From Glaucostegus cemiculus (lineage: Eukaryota): a stretch of DNA of 64,000 bases. Shown here piece by piece: positions 12,676 to 25,270 of the stretch (positions within the stretch are counted from its first letter, which is position 1; each line of letters begins with the position of its first letter). The translations under genes were made by a program, and so were the position numbers. The notes below the pieces were generated by a model. The model saw only the letters and a list, made by a program, of their open reading frames with translations. It was not told where the DNA came from and made no database searches. The stretch is taken from positions 2,170,001 to 2,234,000 of the forward strand of contig CDPCPM010000370.1 in the NCBI GenBank assembly GCA_976551045.1, given 5' to 3'.

Positions 12676-14953
12676 GTAATGTTTGGATTTGCATGGACAT
12701 GAACAGCTACTGTTCAACCCCGTCCTCAAAACTTATTCTTGACTGTTTTGTTTTTATTTTCTCCTTCATCCCCAAAACGCTTCGATCAGTGTGGTGCTGC
12801 AGGATCCATCCTATTTTCGCTGTTGCTTCCCAAAAACATACAGATTCAATCCTGTAACTTCGCGGAAGGAAATTATTGAAGAATTTTCCTATTCATATGT
12901 TGGAAAGAATATTTATGACCGACAGAAATTCCTTATGTTTTGAAGTCACCTTGACACTTCGCTGCGTCCTAACATTGCATTGTGATCAGTTTTGATAATG
13001 TGTTGACTTCCTGTAGACCCAGAGAACGATCAGCCGAACTTTCTCGCGATTACCGAGTTCACTTCACTTAATACCATGGAGACGCCATGGAGATAATAAT
13101 CTGATGGACCTTTAGTATTCGTAGCAATAATGTCACTATAACGAAATACTGAACTCATCAAACGTTTCATTTTCCCAGCCGTTTCTATTTCTGCTTCAAT
13201 CGACACATTGGTTACCCAAGCCCCATTTCACACATTAACTGTTGATAATAAATGTACTTTGCTTATTTTTACTTATATTTAGAATGGGCATCTATCATCA
13301 TTATTTAACCTTACTAATTATGTGGCTGAACTTACTGAATCAACACCGAGTCTCACTGTTTCTACCCCAAAACAATTCCTCTGTTTGTTTCCCCCTTACA
13401 TGGATGTTTCCCAACAGAATCAGATTCATTATCACTGACATATGACGTGGAATTTACAGTGCTTATTTCATGCTTTGGGGTTCTGTTAGATGCCCTTTTC
13501 ACTGACTAACGTCAACAAATCGTATTAATACCTGCATATCCTTATTTAGTATTAAGTGAAAAAAATCCATTCCCCAGAGTGTGTAAAAATTGCAGTCGCC
13601 GAACATCATTTTATTAACAAACAGACTCGTTACTTGATTAAAATCATTGTTGCAACCTCAACACAGCAACAGTTTTGTCCCAAACATTTCATAATCGATA
13701 AGACTGAAAAGTTATTATCCACAGCTCTCAATAGGAAATATGGTCCTGATTCTCTGCAGTTACTACTGAGTCTTTTCCGTCGCTCCAATATCCCAGTCAA
13801 CAGCCGAGTGCAGAACCATCTCCTCCGTCTCGTTCTTCCTGTTGATAAACTCGCGGCTGCCTGCTTCTTCCAAAAAATAGATTCCGTGGCGTCATTGCAC
13901 ACTGAGACTGATCACTCCCCGAGAAAAGCACAAATGAACTTTAAAGCTTCCTTGCTGTTTCCTAGACCTTGAGGACGCCGCAAGACCCACCATTATGGAT
14001 ATCATTGCAATGAGAGTTCCGCTCTTTCAGCTTCTACAGCTGCAACGACAGATAATACCAATGACATTTGTTTTGTATTCTTCTATGTTAATCACTCTTG
14101 GAAATTGCTTTAAATACTATCAGTAATTCTGTAAAGCTGTTTGGGGTTGTTATTTCCATTAGCATTCTTTTTTACCTCCACGCAATTAATTCTTAACAAA
14201 GGACAACGCCTGGGTTCACTCATCAGATCCGGATCGATCTACGGAAAGAGAAATGACCTGCCGTTCAGTTCGAAGACCGTTCGTTAGCACCAGAAAAAAA
14301 TGGGGTTGGGGGGTGGTGAGTTGGTTTACAACAACAGGAATGGTGGGATAATGTAGGTCGACCTTCGAGGAAGTTCTTCACTGTTTCTCGGGGGATACAC
14401 ATCCATCCTTTTAACTCGGGTAAACCGCAGTTTCAATTTCGTTGTTCGATACACGGCCACCTGTCCTTTGCTGTTCAAATTTTCATCATTCTTTCCTTCC
14501 TACTTCTGACAAAATGGTTCATACCGCAAGCGCAAGCTGTTTTTCTTTCCACCGACAAAAAGTGTTCCACAGTATTTACAGCATTTAATGTTTTACCAGC
14601 ATTTTTCATCAATTAAGTTTTTACTATTTACATTCTCAAATATGTTTTTCTCTGACATACGGATACATCTTATTTGTCCATCCTAGTTGTAATTAGTTCA
14701 TTTGCGCTGTTGTAATACACGTGGCGCCGTATGCGTTAAAAAAACAATGCGTACTATTTTCATACAGTCATCTACGTGTATTTGGGAATGAATGTTTTGA
14801 AGCACAATCATATTGTCTGTGGTAAACCGAATAGTCTCAATCGATTATTCAGCTTTCAAACATGTAAATTTCATTCCAGTCAGCCTCTCAATGAATTGAC
14901 GATGAGGGAGCAAGTAGATTACTAACTACCTGCTCTCTCCTTCTCCCTTCCAG

Positions 14954-15864
14954 CAAACTTGGTGACCATTGCGATTCTCTCTCGGGGAAGATGCGGCCTC
15001 ACGAAAGGCATCATGCTGTATCTGGTGTTCATGGCGGTGGCGGATTTCCTCGTGATCATCACTGCTGTGATATTAAGCCGGCTTCGTGCTATTTATTTCC
15101 CTGTTACTTTCCTGTCCACCACTCCGGCCTGCAGTCTCGTTATTACCTTCAGCTGGCTTTCCAAAGATACTTCTGCCTGGTTAACAGTCGCATTCACCTT
15201 CGATCGCTTCATCGCCATTTGCTGCCATGACCTAAAACGTAGGTATTGCACAGAGAAGACGTCAGCTATCGTAATAGGAACAATATGCATGCTGGTCTGT
15301 TTGAAAAACGTACCCTGTTACTTTGAATATGAGCCCATGTATATCGTTAATAACATTCCCTGGTTCTGCAGCTTGAAGGAAGCATATTACACTGCCGTCG
15401 CTTGGAGAATATATGAATGGCTGCACCGCATGTTAAACCCATGTGTGCCTTTCCTGCTGATATTGTTGCTCAATGTTCTGACGGTCAAACATATTATCGC
15501 AGCGAGCAGAGCCCGCAGGAGGCTCCGGGCCCATAACAACGGAGAAAAGCAGACCGACTCAGAAATGGAGAACAGGAGAAAGTCTATCATATTACTCATG
15601 GCCATCTCGGGCAGTTTCATCCTGTTGCGATTGACGTACCTGGTGAATTTTCTTTTTGCGCAAATTACGCGCAATATCTATCCCAACGGTTCCAATGCCA
15701 ACGACCCAAAGTTTATCCTCCAAGAAAGCGGATACATGCTGGAGATACTAAGTTCCTGCACCAATACGTGTATTTATGTAGGGACGCAGAGAAAATTCAG
15801 AGAGCAGTTGAAGGATGCGGCTAAATACCCTTTCCAACTGATTGGAAAAGGGTTCCAGTCGTAG
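14954..15864 (+). CDS. GPR139/GPR142-like class A GPCR gene 1, coding exon 2 (spliced protein 326 aa)
   Basis: Polypyrimidine tract and cag acceptor at 14951-14953. Contains PAN in TM1, MAVAD in TM2, FTFDRFIAIC (DRY-like), P..PF in TM5 and SSCTNTCIY in TM7. Intact to TAG. Confidence 0.92.
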
Positions 15865-16559
15865 ACACGATTTGTTTTAATCTTAGATTCCAACGTTTAT
15901 AAGAATGACAGAAGGTGCGTCTCTGCTTTGCATTGCTCGCACACAGTTATATTAATCATCAATTATGTTGTTCATGTGAGATGTTTTTTTATTAATGGAG
16001 ACTGCCGCCGATTAGCTATAGAACTGGCATAGCACACAATAATTCAGATCTCAGAAAAAGTTATAAATTAAAGTTATTTCAAATTCTTGCTGCTTTCGTT
16101 TGTTTATTTAAAGTGAATCGGGAATTCTTGCCCAGATGTCAACTGCTGATAATTGGTTGTGGACAAAATTGGTTGGTTGGTTAATTTCCGAATGGAATTA
16201 AGAGCCCTTCAAATCGTTTTATCCCTCGGTTTGAAAACAGAAGGAACACGCAATGGAAGCAGAATCTCTCTTGTCTGAATCCTGCTTTTTTGCCCGGATG
16301 GTCCTGCAAGGTACTCGATGGTACTGTGAAAAGCATTCGGATCGCGGTGTTGCACGGATGTATTCTCGGATTCTGCGCCTGCGTATGACTGCATGCATGA
16401 CATTAAAAAGATATTTATCACCTGCCAGAGAATACGAACTCCCAGTCACCCAAAAGACTCAAAAATTAAATACAGTGGGCAGCTAAGTTACTTTGATGTT
16501 GTTGTAAACCTGGAAGTAAATTTAAGTACAGGTTAGTGCTCGAGTCCAGTAGGTCTTTC

Positions 16560-18790
16560 TGCATGAAAACTACGATGATGCTGGAGGAATTCAGCAGGCC
16601 AGGCAGCATCCGTGGAGAAAAGCAGACGGTCAAAGATTAGGGTCAGAAATCTTCTTCAGGACTGAAGATAGGAAAAAAGTAAGTCGTCCATCTCGGAGGG
16701 AAAAGCGGAGCAGTGATTGGTGACCATAGGAGGAGAGGCGGGGTGGACACAAGGGAGTAACAAGTAGATGCACGTACGATATAGTGATAGTCTGGTGCAG
16801 GGGGGAGGTGAGAGTAGATCTACCAGGGAAATAGTCGAAGGTAAATAGGAAGAAAGGGTAGAAAAGAGAAATAGGCTAAGAAAGGGAAGGAAAGAATATG
16901 CATGGTGGTGAGTGTGGTGTTGGTGATTGTGGGTGTTACGTAAAGTGGGAGCATTCGATTTTTCTGCCCTTAGCCTGCAAAGTTCCAAGACAAAAAAATG
17001 AGTCGCTGTTCCTCCAGATTGCCCTGGCAGTGGTGGAGGCCGAGGACGGACTTATCTATGGTGTAGTGGAAGGGGGAGTTTAAGGGACTGGAAACGGGGA
17101 GATACAGAACGCGGATAAAGTCGGAGCGCAGGTATTCTTCGGAACTGTCACCTCGTCTCCCTTTATTCTCGCCAATGTAGAGGAGGCCACACTTGGAGAA
17201 CTGGATGCAGCAGATGATATTAAATGAGGTGCAGGTAAATCGCTCCCTCACCTGTGTCCATGGATGGAAGTGCTGGAGGTGTTTCAGGGCATGTGGGGTA
17301 CCTGTAACTGGGCAGTGGACAGTCGCCGTGCTGAAGATGGAGAAGTAAAGTAGCGAATCGCGGAGAGAGCGGTCCCTGCGTCAGGCCGATAGGGGTAGGG
17401 AGGAGAAGATACGCTTGGAGCAGGGGTTCGTTGTAAATTGCGGAAATGGCGGAGAATGGCATGTCGAATATGTACCCTGGGAGAATGAAATGTGAGGATA
17501 AGGGGACCCTATCTCTGTCGTGTCGTGGAGTGGTGGTGTGAGTGCAGAGGTACAGAAACTGGCAGAGATACGTGTGCGAGACCTCTTGAGCACAGTAGGG
17601 GGCACTGTTAGTAAAGAAGCTGGACATCTCGGATGTCCTGGAGTGGAAACCATCATCATGGGAGGACATTCAGTGGACAGCTGGAATTTTGAGAAAAGAC
17701 GCTATCCCTTCCTCTAATCAAGGAAGCTATGGGCCTGAGTGTGTTTGTACAAGATGTCTGTGGAGAAGGAAACTCCTGAGACGAAGACAGAAGGATCGAG
17801 GAAGGAGAGAAGGTGTCAGAAATCTGCAATGTAAGTTGGAGATCAGGATGAAAATTAGTGGTGAAACTTAAGAAACTGTTGAGCTCTTCATGGGTGCAAG
17901 AGGTGACACCAATGCAGTCGTCGAAGTAGCGTAGAAACAGTTGAGGAATGGGCCTGAGTAAGCTTGGAAAACAGCTTGTTCAACAGAGTGAACTTAGTGG
18001 CAGGCATAGCTGGGTCCATGCGAATGCCTATGGCTACGCTCTGGTCTGCAGAAAGTGAGAGGAATGGAAAGTGAAGTTGTTCTGAGTGAGGACGAGTTCA
18101 GCCAGGTAGACGACAGTGTTAGTGGAAGAGGACTGGATCTGTCTCTGGAAAAGAATGAAACGGGGGAGGGGGGTCGGTGAGGGCATAATGACGGGGAATG
18201 ATGGTATATGGGGACTGGACGTCCATCGTGAAGAAGAGATTTGCCAGCCGGATAAATTAAAGCTCTTGAAGAGTTGGACGTCGGTGAGAAGGGATTGCAC
18301 CAGGGGACACAAAATGTGTCCATGTACAAAGATACGAGCTCAGTGGGGCAAGAGCATGCGGAGAATATAGGTCTCTACAACAGTCATTTTTTTTGTCGAT
18401 TTTGCGGAGAAGACAGAAGCTGGCAGTCCAAGGTTGCGGAACTATCATGTTGGTAGCTGAGGGTGGTAGGGCAGATCTCCAGAGGTGATGAGGGCAGCGA
18501 TTGTTCGAGATAATACCCTGGCGTTCCTTGAAGGATCATGACTGAGGAGAAGGTAGAAGAAGGTGTCTGAGAGTTGGCGCATGGTCTCTGCATCTGTACA
18601 CCTTTGTTTCTCGTGTATTTCTCTGCTGGGGATGCCGCAGTATTCCAGCGAAATGGCAGGCAAAGTCCGAGCCACGGAGTTCCAGTCAGAGGCCACCAGA
18701 GGGCGCAGTCGCTCAGGAGTAAACAAAAGAGGAAACGACTTCAGTCAACCGAGCCAGTGTGGCAGTCATTAAGACACGACTGAAATTCAA
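16560..18790 (-). mobile_element. Decayed Penelope-like retroelement (RT plus GIY-YIG endonuclease)
   Basis: Frameshifted fragments: CIQFSKCGLLYIGENKGRRGD (GIY-YIG-like), SHGPSYAC, LAELVLTQNNFTF and QPWTASFCLLRKIDK (Penelope-like RT). Boundaries approximate. Confidence 0.8.
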
Positions 18791-19794
18791 TGTCATTCCC
18801 TCATACACCCAAACACCCACCCCATCCATTATCTCCACACTGGTAGTTGAAAGTGGTCCCCTGCATTCTAAATGGGTGTTCAGAGTTTAGTCCTTCTTCG
18901 GTTGATTAATAGAATTGTTAATATCACCCATGATTTATTCTGGCGTCTGCCCTCTGTCTTTCTAGACTTCATAAAGGATCACTGCCCGAAACGCCGACTG
19001 TACATTTCCCTTTCATAGTTGCTGTCTGACCTGCTGAGTTCCTCAAACATTTTGTGTGGTGCTCCACTTCTCCCGATTCTGTTTTATTCAGCTACTTTCA
19101 AAGCTCTGAAAATTGTCAAGCACTGAGATCCATGTAGCAAAGTGCTCCACCATTTCTTTCTTCGTTTGTTGACTTGTGGGACGCAGCCCCGATTCTAGAT
19201 TTTCCAGAAGAGAAATAACCTCGCTGCATCCGAGTTCCACACAATTCCAATTTTTTACCTGCTTCACAGAGTTAGATGTCCTTCTGCACAGTTTACGGAA
19301 AAATTCTCCTGCATTCCCTTCATTCGACAGCAATTAACGGAAAATTAACAAACTCCAGATACCCATGTCATAATACAAGGGACCACTTTCAAGTACCAAC
19401 TTAACACTATATTCTTCACAAAGATACTCCCTGTGCAGTGGTGTGTTTAGTTAAGACATGAGCAAGCACTTGTGAAAATAAATTTAATCCCTTAACTGAT
19501 CTTCGGTAGCTTGCGCCCTCTTTCGTTTTATGCTGATTACTTTGACAGTTATGTACAGACTGACAGGAAATTATTTGAGGTTGTAGCTGTCATCTAACCA
19601 TTGCATTGCGTTGATTCTGATTGGTCCACGTACGCCTCTGTTGAGAACCCAGCCAATCTTCGGTGTAAAGCTGCCTTTCCTTTCCATGGGAACGAGTATC
19701 ACTCTGTTTTGAGTTTATTCTGCAATAGGAGAAAGGACGGGCCATATGTCCAATTGCTAACTTGCGACTGGCAATCTAATTTATATCAGACACC

Positions 19795-19840
19795 ATGCGT
19801 TCCTTTTGTTCCTTGCTGATCATAATGACTGTTCTTCCGG
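19795..19840 (+). CDS. Leader exon of TCR V segment 2
   Basis: caccATG, MRSFCSLLIIMTVLP plus G, donor gtgagt. 46 nt, phase 1. Confidence 0.92.
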
Positions 19841-19934
19841 GTGAGTATCGGTTGGAATGGACAAAGTAAAGTGAATGTGCACGTGGGTTAATTTCACTTC
19901 AATTCGCTTCATATATTTTGTGTTTCTTTTGTAG

Positions 19935-20244
19935 GAACCACAGGAGAAGATTCTGTGTCGCAGTATCCGTTTGAACTAATGGCTCAGGAAGGGCAGACAA
20001 TAACCTTCAGCTGCAATTACTCCTCGACCTACTCATCAGGTTTAACCTTCTTCTGGTACGTCCAGCGTCCCGGGGAAGCTCCAAAATATTTACTGAAGAG
20101 ATTCGGCAGGGACGGCGAGGATCGTTCACCAGATTTATCTACCAGGTTTTCTGCTGATTTAGACACTGATATGAAAATGGTTCCTCTGACTGTCTCCGAC
20201 ATTCTCTTCTCTGACTCCGCCGTATATTACTGTGCTATGCAACC
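19935..20244 (+). CDS. T-cell receptor alpha/delta variable gene segment 2 (V exon, inverted orientation)
   Basis: Acceptor ttttgtag; reads TTGEDSVSQYP...TITFSCNYS...FFWYVQRPGEAPKYLL...DSAVYYCAMQP. Open frame, in phase with the leader. Confidence 0.95.
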
Positions 20245-20283
20245 CACAGCGTGACTGGTGTGTAGTTATGCCGTACAAAAACC
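20245..20283 (+). other. 23-spacer RSS of V segment 2
   Basis: CACAGCG, 23-nt spacer, ACAAAAACC. Confidence 0.93.
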
Positions 20284-20464
20284 AAGAAAGGGATCCCGCC
20301 ACGTCTTCCGTCTACCTCTCACTGAAACTGGTTGCAGACTTAGCGCGCGATTCATCATAAGAACGTGGACACAAGTAAAGCAATTCAAAATATGTTCTTG
20401 TCCTTTAATACAATTTTGTGAAATGTCCTTATTCAGATGGACGGATGACATCGACATTGGAAGC

Positions 20465-20468
<4 letters not shown>

Positions 20469-20513
<45 letters not shown>
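20469..20513. repeat. (CT)n microsatellite
   Basis: Seen directly in the sequence. Confidence 0.95.
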
Positions 20514-20514
<1 letters not shown>

Positions 20515-20872
20515 CCCCCCCCCACCCTTATTGTATTGTATTTCTCCTACTCCGATCTCCTCCACGAACTTCAACTGTATTTCAGAAGCCTTCACAACTC
20601 TTTCTAGGTTGGTCCCACTGTTATCCCAATTTTAAGTTCCCACTCCTGCCTGCTGCAAAATCACAAAGTGCCACGGCTTAATTCTGTTAAACGCGTTTAT
20701 TAGCAGTGTACTGCCAGGGAAAATTCTCCTCTGGCACTGCATGAGAGTCTTTATCGGAGGTCGCATGAATACCAAACAGGCAGATATTAATTTATACTGT
20801 CCTTGTCACACACTTAAACAAAGTGCACCAATTTCAACTGGGGAGCCTAAGATGAAAGACAACCATCATACT

Positions 20873-20997
20873 CATTGTTTAAGACAAACTCATATTTATT
20901 GTTTCGGACAAACCTCGCACTTATGTTTCGAACAAGCCTCACAGTTATTGTTTCGGACAAATCTCACGTGTATTGTTTCGGTAAAAACCTTACCCTT
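20873..20997. repeat. ~24-25 bp minisatellite, about 5 diverged copies
   Basis: Recurring unit approximating TATTGTTTCGGACAAACCTCACAC. Confidence 0.8.
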
Positions 20998-22589
20998 ACT
21001 GTTTAATATAATTGCCTCACAATCAAGTTCCAGACACAGTATCTCCATCTGGTCCTGGATCAGGGCTTGCGTATGTGGTATTTTTTCATTGGTTCTACGC
21101 ACAGTCACAATTTCATAACTCTTTATTTCCTCAACACCATTACTTAGATCGAGCAATTCAGACTTAGATTTAATCCGGCGCAGATATTCATATTGCTTTC
21201 TCAAATGGTCACTGCTCTCCGCAAGACACAAGAGGATTAATTACATAATGCTCTCATATTAATGTTAATTTGATACACGCACAGCATTAATCCTGTGCCA
21301 ATCTTCACTGTTGTCGTAACACTTTGAGAATTTCCACCATTTACTGCACTTATTTTAGTTTCCAGCATTTGTATTTCTTGTGTTCTTCCCATCTTCATAT
21401 CAGATACAAAACTTCGTGGAGACTAGACCGTGACATTACTGCCCGTTCAGTTGGTTCTTGGACCGAGACGTTGACGCTGAACTCCGCGCCAATTCTGCCG
21501 TCACGGATCAGAGAAAGAGAGTGAACAAAAGACTGATAGCTGATTGGGCGAACGGGGAACAAAGGATCTGAAAGGACGAATCCGAGAACAAAGGCGCTGG
21601 ATTCTGATAGGATGCTTCTTTCTCAATCGACAATGATCCAATCAGCATTGAGGCCGAACATCATTCATCATTGCTTGAGAGAATACAATTTGAATGTCGG
21701 TCGTTGTGTTCGGGCACACCACCTGCAAACACGTTGGCTGATTCCTTTCTCTGTCTGTTAACTGCGACATCTTTCAACAACTGAGTTTCTGTTTCGGGTC
21801 GTTTTACTTGGAGTAGAAGATTATTATTGATGGCATTTAAAAAGCAACAATAAACATTATTGATTCTGCGTTTTGTAAATTTCTAAGGGTAGTTATGCAA
21901 CAGACTGAGTCTCACAGAAGCCACGTACTGTAAGATTGTTTGAAAGCGACTGGATGACTATTATTTGTAGTTTTACAAAGACTGACGTTGGTGCGACACA
22001 TTCCGTGCAACTGTAAAGTCAAGACCCGAAGAGAGGCCTTGCACTCCTAATCCCCAAGCCCTCCTACGGATAACATTCCATAGTACAAGGTGTTAAGGCA
22101 CAGTTTTCCACATCAATCCACGCTTCGAAAAGCGAAGGGGGACTCGCTGTCTGACCTGTCTGACAACGCAGTATATTTTGTGCATTTTGAAGATGTGACG
22201 CCGTACTAAAAACACTGGCATTAAGCAGCACTGAGATAGAGGTAGAGGGGTAGGTGGGGTAGAAAACGGAACAGAATCTGCGTAGCAGGGTAGATTAACA
22301 TGCTTCCAATTGCATTACAGAATGACAGCTCTCCCACACAAGGCCGGGGCATGGATGAGTTCTTCTGCAGGTTAAATGGAACTCTTGAGGGACTTTTCAG
22401 AGGATACGAGTCTTTAGCTGTTCAGAACTGCTGAAATGCCCATGTTTCTCGTTCAGGCCTTGCAAGTTTCTAGGGAGGATGATCTGAGTTGTGGACCGAT
22501 ATTTTGTTTGAACTGCAACATCTCAGGCAAACCATCAGTGGCTTCGTGAATCGCACAGAACCATCTATCTATCCTCATAGACTCGCAGA

Positions 22590-23140
22590 GAAGTACATAA
22601 AGGATACCGGCCCAACTACCATGCCGACCATGTTGTCCATCTAGCTAGTCCCAATTTGCAACGGCTGTACACAGCTTTCCGGTTCTCTCTCGTTCAGTAC
22701 CCATTCAAGTGTTTCTAACACTTACTCTTGCAACACATTCCAAACACTCATCGTCCTCTTCGTGAAAATTTGCCCCTCAGGTCCCTTTAACTTCTTTCCC
22801 CTCTCACATTAAATATACTCCCCCTAGTTTCGGACTCCTCTAGCTTGGGGCAACACTTTTAGCATCCACCTTATCTATGTCTCTCATCATTTTAAACACT
22901 TCAAGAAGGTCGACGCTCATTACCTACGTTCGAAGGAATAAAAATATAGCCTGGTCAAACTCTCCCTGTAACTCAGCTCTGGTTCTGGGAACATGTTCGT
23001 AAACATTTGCTGCACTCGTTCCCGTTTAACCACATTTTTCTCTGACAGCGTGACCAAAATGTACACAGTACTCCAAGTGCTTACCAAGGACTTAGATAAC
23101 TGCATCAAACTTTCCCAACGACGACACTCAGTGCCCATAT
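22590..23140 (-). mobile_element. CR1-type LINE 3' fragment
   Basis: ORF 22920..23138 reads KNVVKRERVQQMFTNMFPE..LSYRESLTRLYFYSFERR, resembling CR1 ERVQRRFTRM...LSYEERL..LGLFSLERR. Confidence 0.8.
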
Positions 23141-24439
23141 CCTGGTCATCATTACGTCATTTGTCAGTTATGTATAACGTGACCATGGACACTTGAAACC
23201 TGGTATCGCTGGAGAAGTTACAAAGGCAACGGTGGATGATGCTTTGCAAAATTCTAGGCAAGTTAATGGTGTTCCTTCAGCAATACTCCAAGGAATTCAG
23301 AAAGAAAGTGAGAATCTGTCCTGAGTTCGTGTTGTTACTCCCTTTGGAATGTTGATGAACATTCCAACACGAAGGCTGGGCCATGCAATTTTATCCCCAC
23401 AAGGTGAGAGCGGCATCTGCAAATTCGTAGCCGGAACACGTGCTGTGTAGATTGGATTTTTATCGATTAAGAATTTGCTGGAGGAACTCGTGGGGTAGAA
23501 GGGCCGATTTGGGGAAAGGAATTGTTGACCTTTCGAGTGGAAACACCTCATCAAGTCTCAGGACGCAGCACTGTCCCGGATGGTTACTCAACTACTGCTG
23601 CAAAGTGGAATTACGTTAGGTTGTTCCATTCCGACCAGGACAGAAAGATCGAATGGTCCCCTCCTGTGTCGTCAATTTTGTTCGAATCCAGGTTGCTGCA
23701 CCCGTTTCAGACATGCTATCGCTTTTTCAGCATCATGGGCTTAGCGCGCCCTCTGGTGATCGTTCATAAATTAACATGTGCGTTTCACCCGCGGCATTCG
23801 AGTTGTCCACAGCAATGAAAAGCTCATATACAGAGATAAACGGCGACCTCACAGACCAGGGCCTTGCTGATCATCAGCACGCTTATTTTCTTACCTTTGG
23901 GGAACGTAACAATAAAACCCTTCAACTTCACAGCGCCAGCATAAAAATTATGCACGTACAGTGGGGTGGTTACTCACTGCTTACTGTACAAGGACAAAGT
24001 AAGATTGCTGCCTTGCCAGATTATGTTAAGGACGATATAAATATCCATTTCCATCGCCATTTCAATTAGCAATTGATCTCCGAGAATTGGACATTGCATT
24101 CTAACATTAGAAAGTGCAGAAAACAAAACCATAAGCGTAATTATTTCAAGCAGCAGTCTCATAACAGATTTGCAAAAAGCAGCCTCTCGGTTATTGCTGT
24201 TAAAATAATGCTGAATTATTCATAGTGCGAAATCAGTACTGAGAAGCTACGTTGCAGTGTTGCGAAACGGGCGACACGTGATTCTGCATTAACTGCTCAT
24301 GTTTGCAGAGATCCAGTTCGGGATAGTCTGAGGGAACAGAAATGCAGACTTCCTCGACTTCTTGAACTGCTCTTTCGTTTTGTACCAAGTAGAACAAGCG
24401 ACACCAACAGGAAAGACTGTCATGAGGGAGAGCAATTAA

Positions 24440-25270
24440 CGTTCGCGACACAAAAACCTGGAGATGATGGAACCAAGAGAAACAATCAATCTTCTGGACA
24501 AAGTAAGCAGGTCGAAAGGCATCATTGGGGGGAAAGGAAATGCTGACGTTTCGAGTCAATACCCTGCATCAGTGTGAAGAGAAGAGAGTGACGATCGACA
24601 ACAGGCAGAGAAGTGGACGGGTGAGACAGAGTGTAGTCGGTGTTAGGATGACCCAGGAGGGTTGACATATGAGCAGCAGATATATCTAGGAGGGGAGCGG
24701 GAGGAATGGATTTGGAAAGGAGCCACAGATAGGTGATAGGTGGAATCAAACAAGGGGAAAGGGTAGATGGAGGCGGGGCGGGAGAGGGTGAAGGTGGATA
24801 CTGTTTCTGGAGAGATGTGCGAGAACACAGAAGTTACCAGTGCTGGAATCTGAGAAGTTAACAAAGTGAAGTGGGAATCATTTCGGAAGAGATGAAGGGA
24901 CAATAGAACGGGATGGGTAGTTTTACGGTGGCTGATATGTTTGGGTAGACGGTATATGAAACCAGGAGGGGGATGGGAAGAAACATGGGTGATGGGGACT
25001 GGAGAGTTATGGAAAATGGAAAAAATGAGGATTCGAGATCGATCGGAAAGAGAAAGGAAAGGGTACCACGAAATTGAAAAACTCGATCTTCATACTGTTG
25101 ACTGGTGGACTACGCAAGAGGGTAATGAGATGTTGTTCTTCTGGGTGTAAACTGAGCTCGCGGTGGGTGGCCACAGAACTCTTTTGGCAAGTTGGAAAAC
25201 GTGTGAAGTCCTGGAACATGAGTGGTGTCGAAAATAGGTCCTTGACGACGTGACAAGGTTCGGAGTTCAC
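24440..25270 (-). mobile_element. Penelope-like element 3' fragment
   Basis: EEQHLITLLRSPPVNSMKIEFFNF resembles the C-terminus of the element at 16.6-18.8 kb (EEQRLIF). Followed by a pyrimidine-rich tract and a hammerhead-like terminal motif. Confidence 0.6.

Noticed and set aside
20873-20997. Regularly spaced ~25-bp repeats as a CRISPR-like array
   Set aside because: Head-to-tail minisatellite without unique spacers, in a vertebrate genome.
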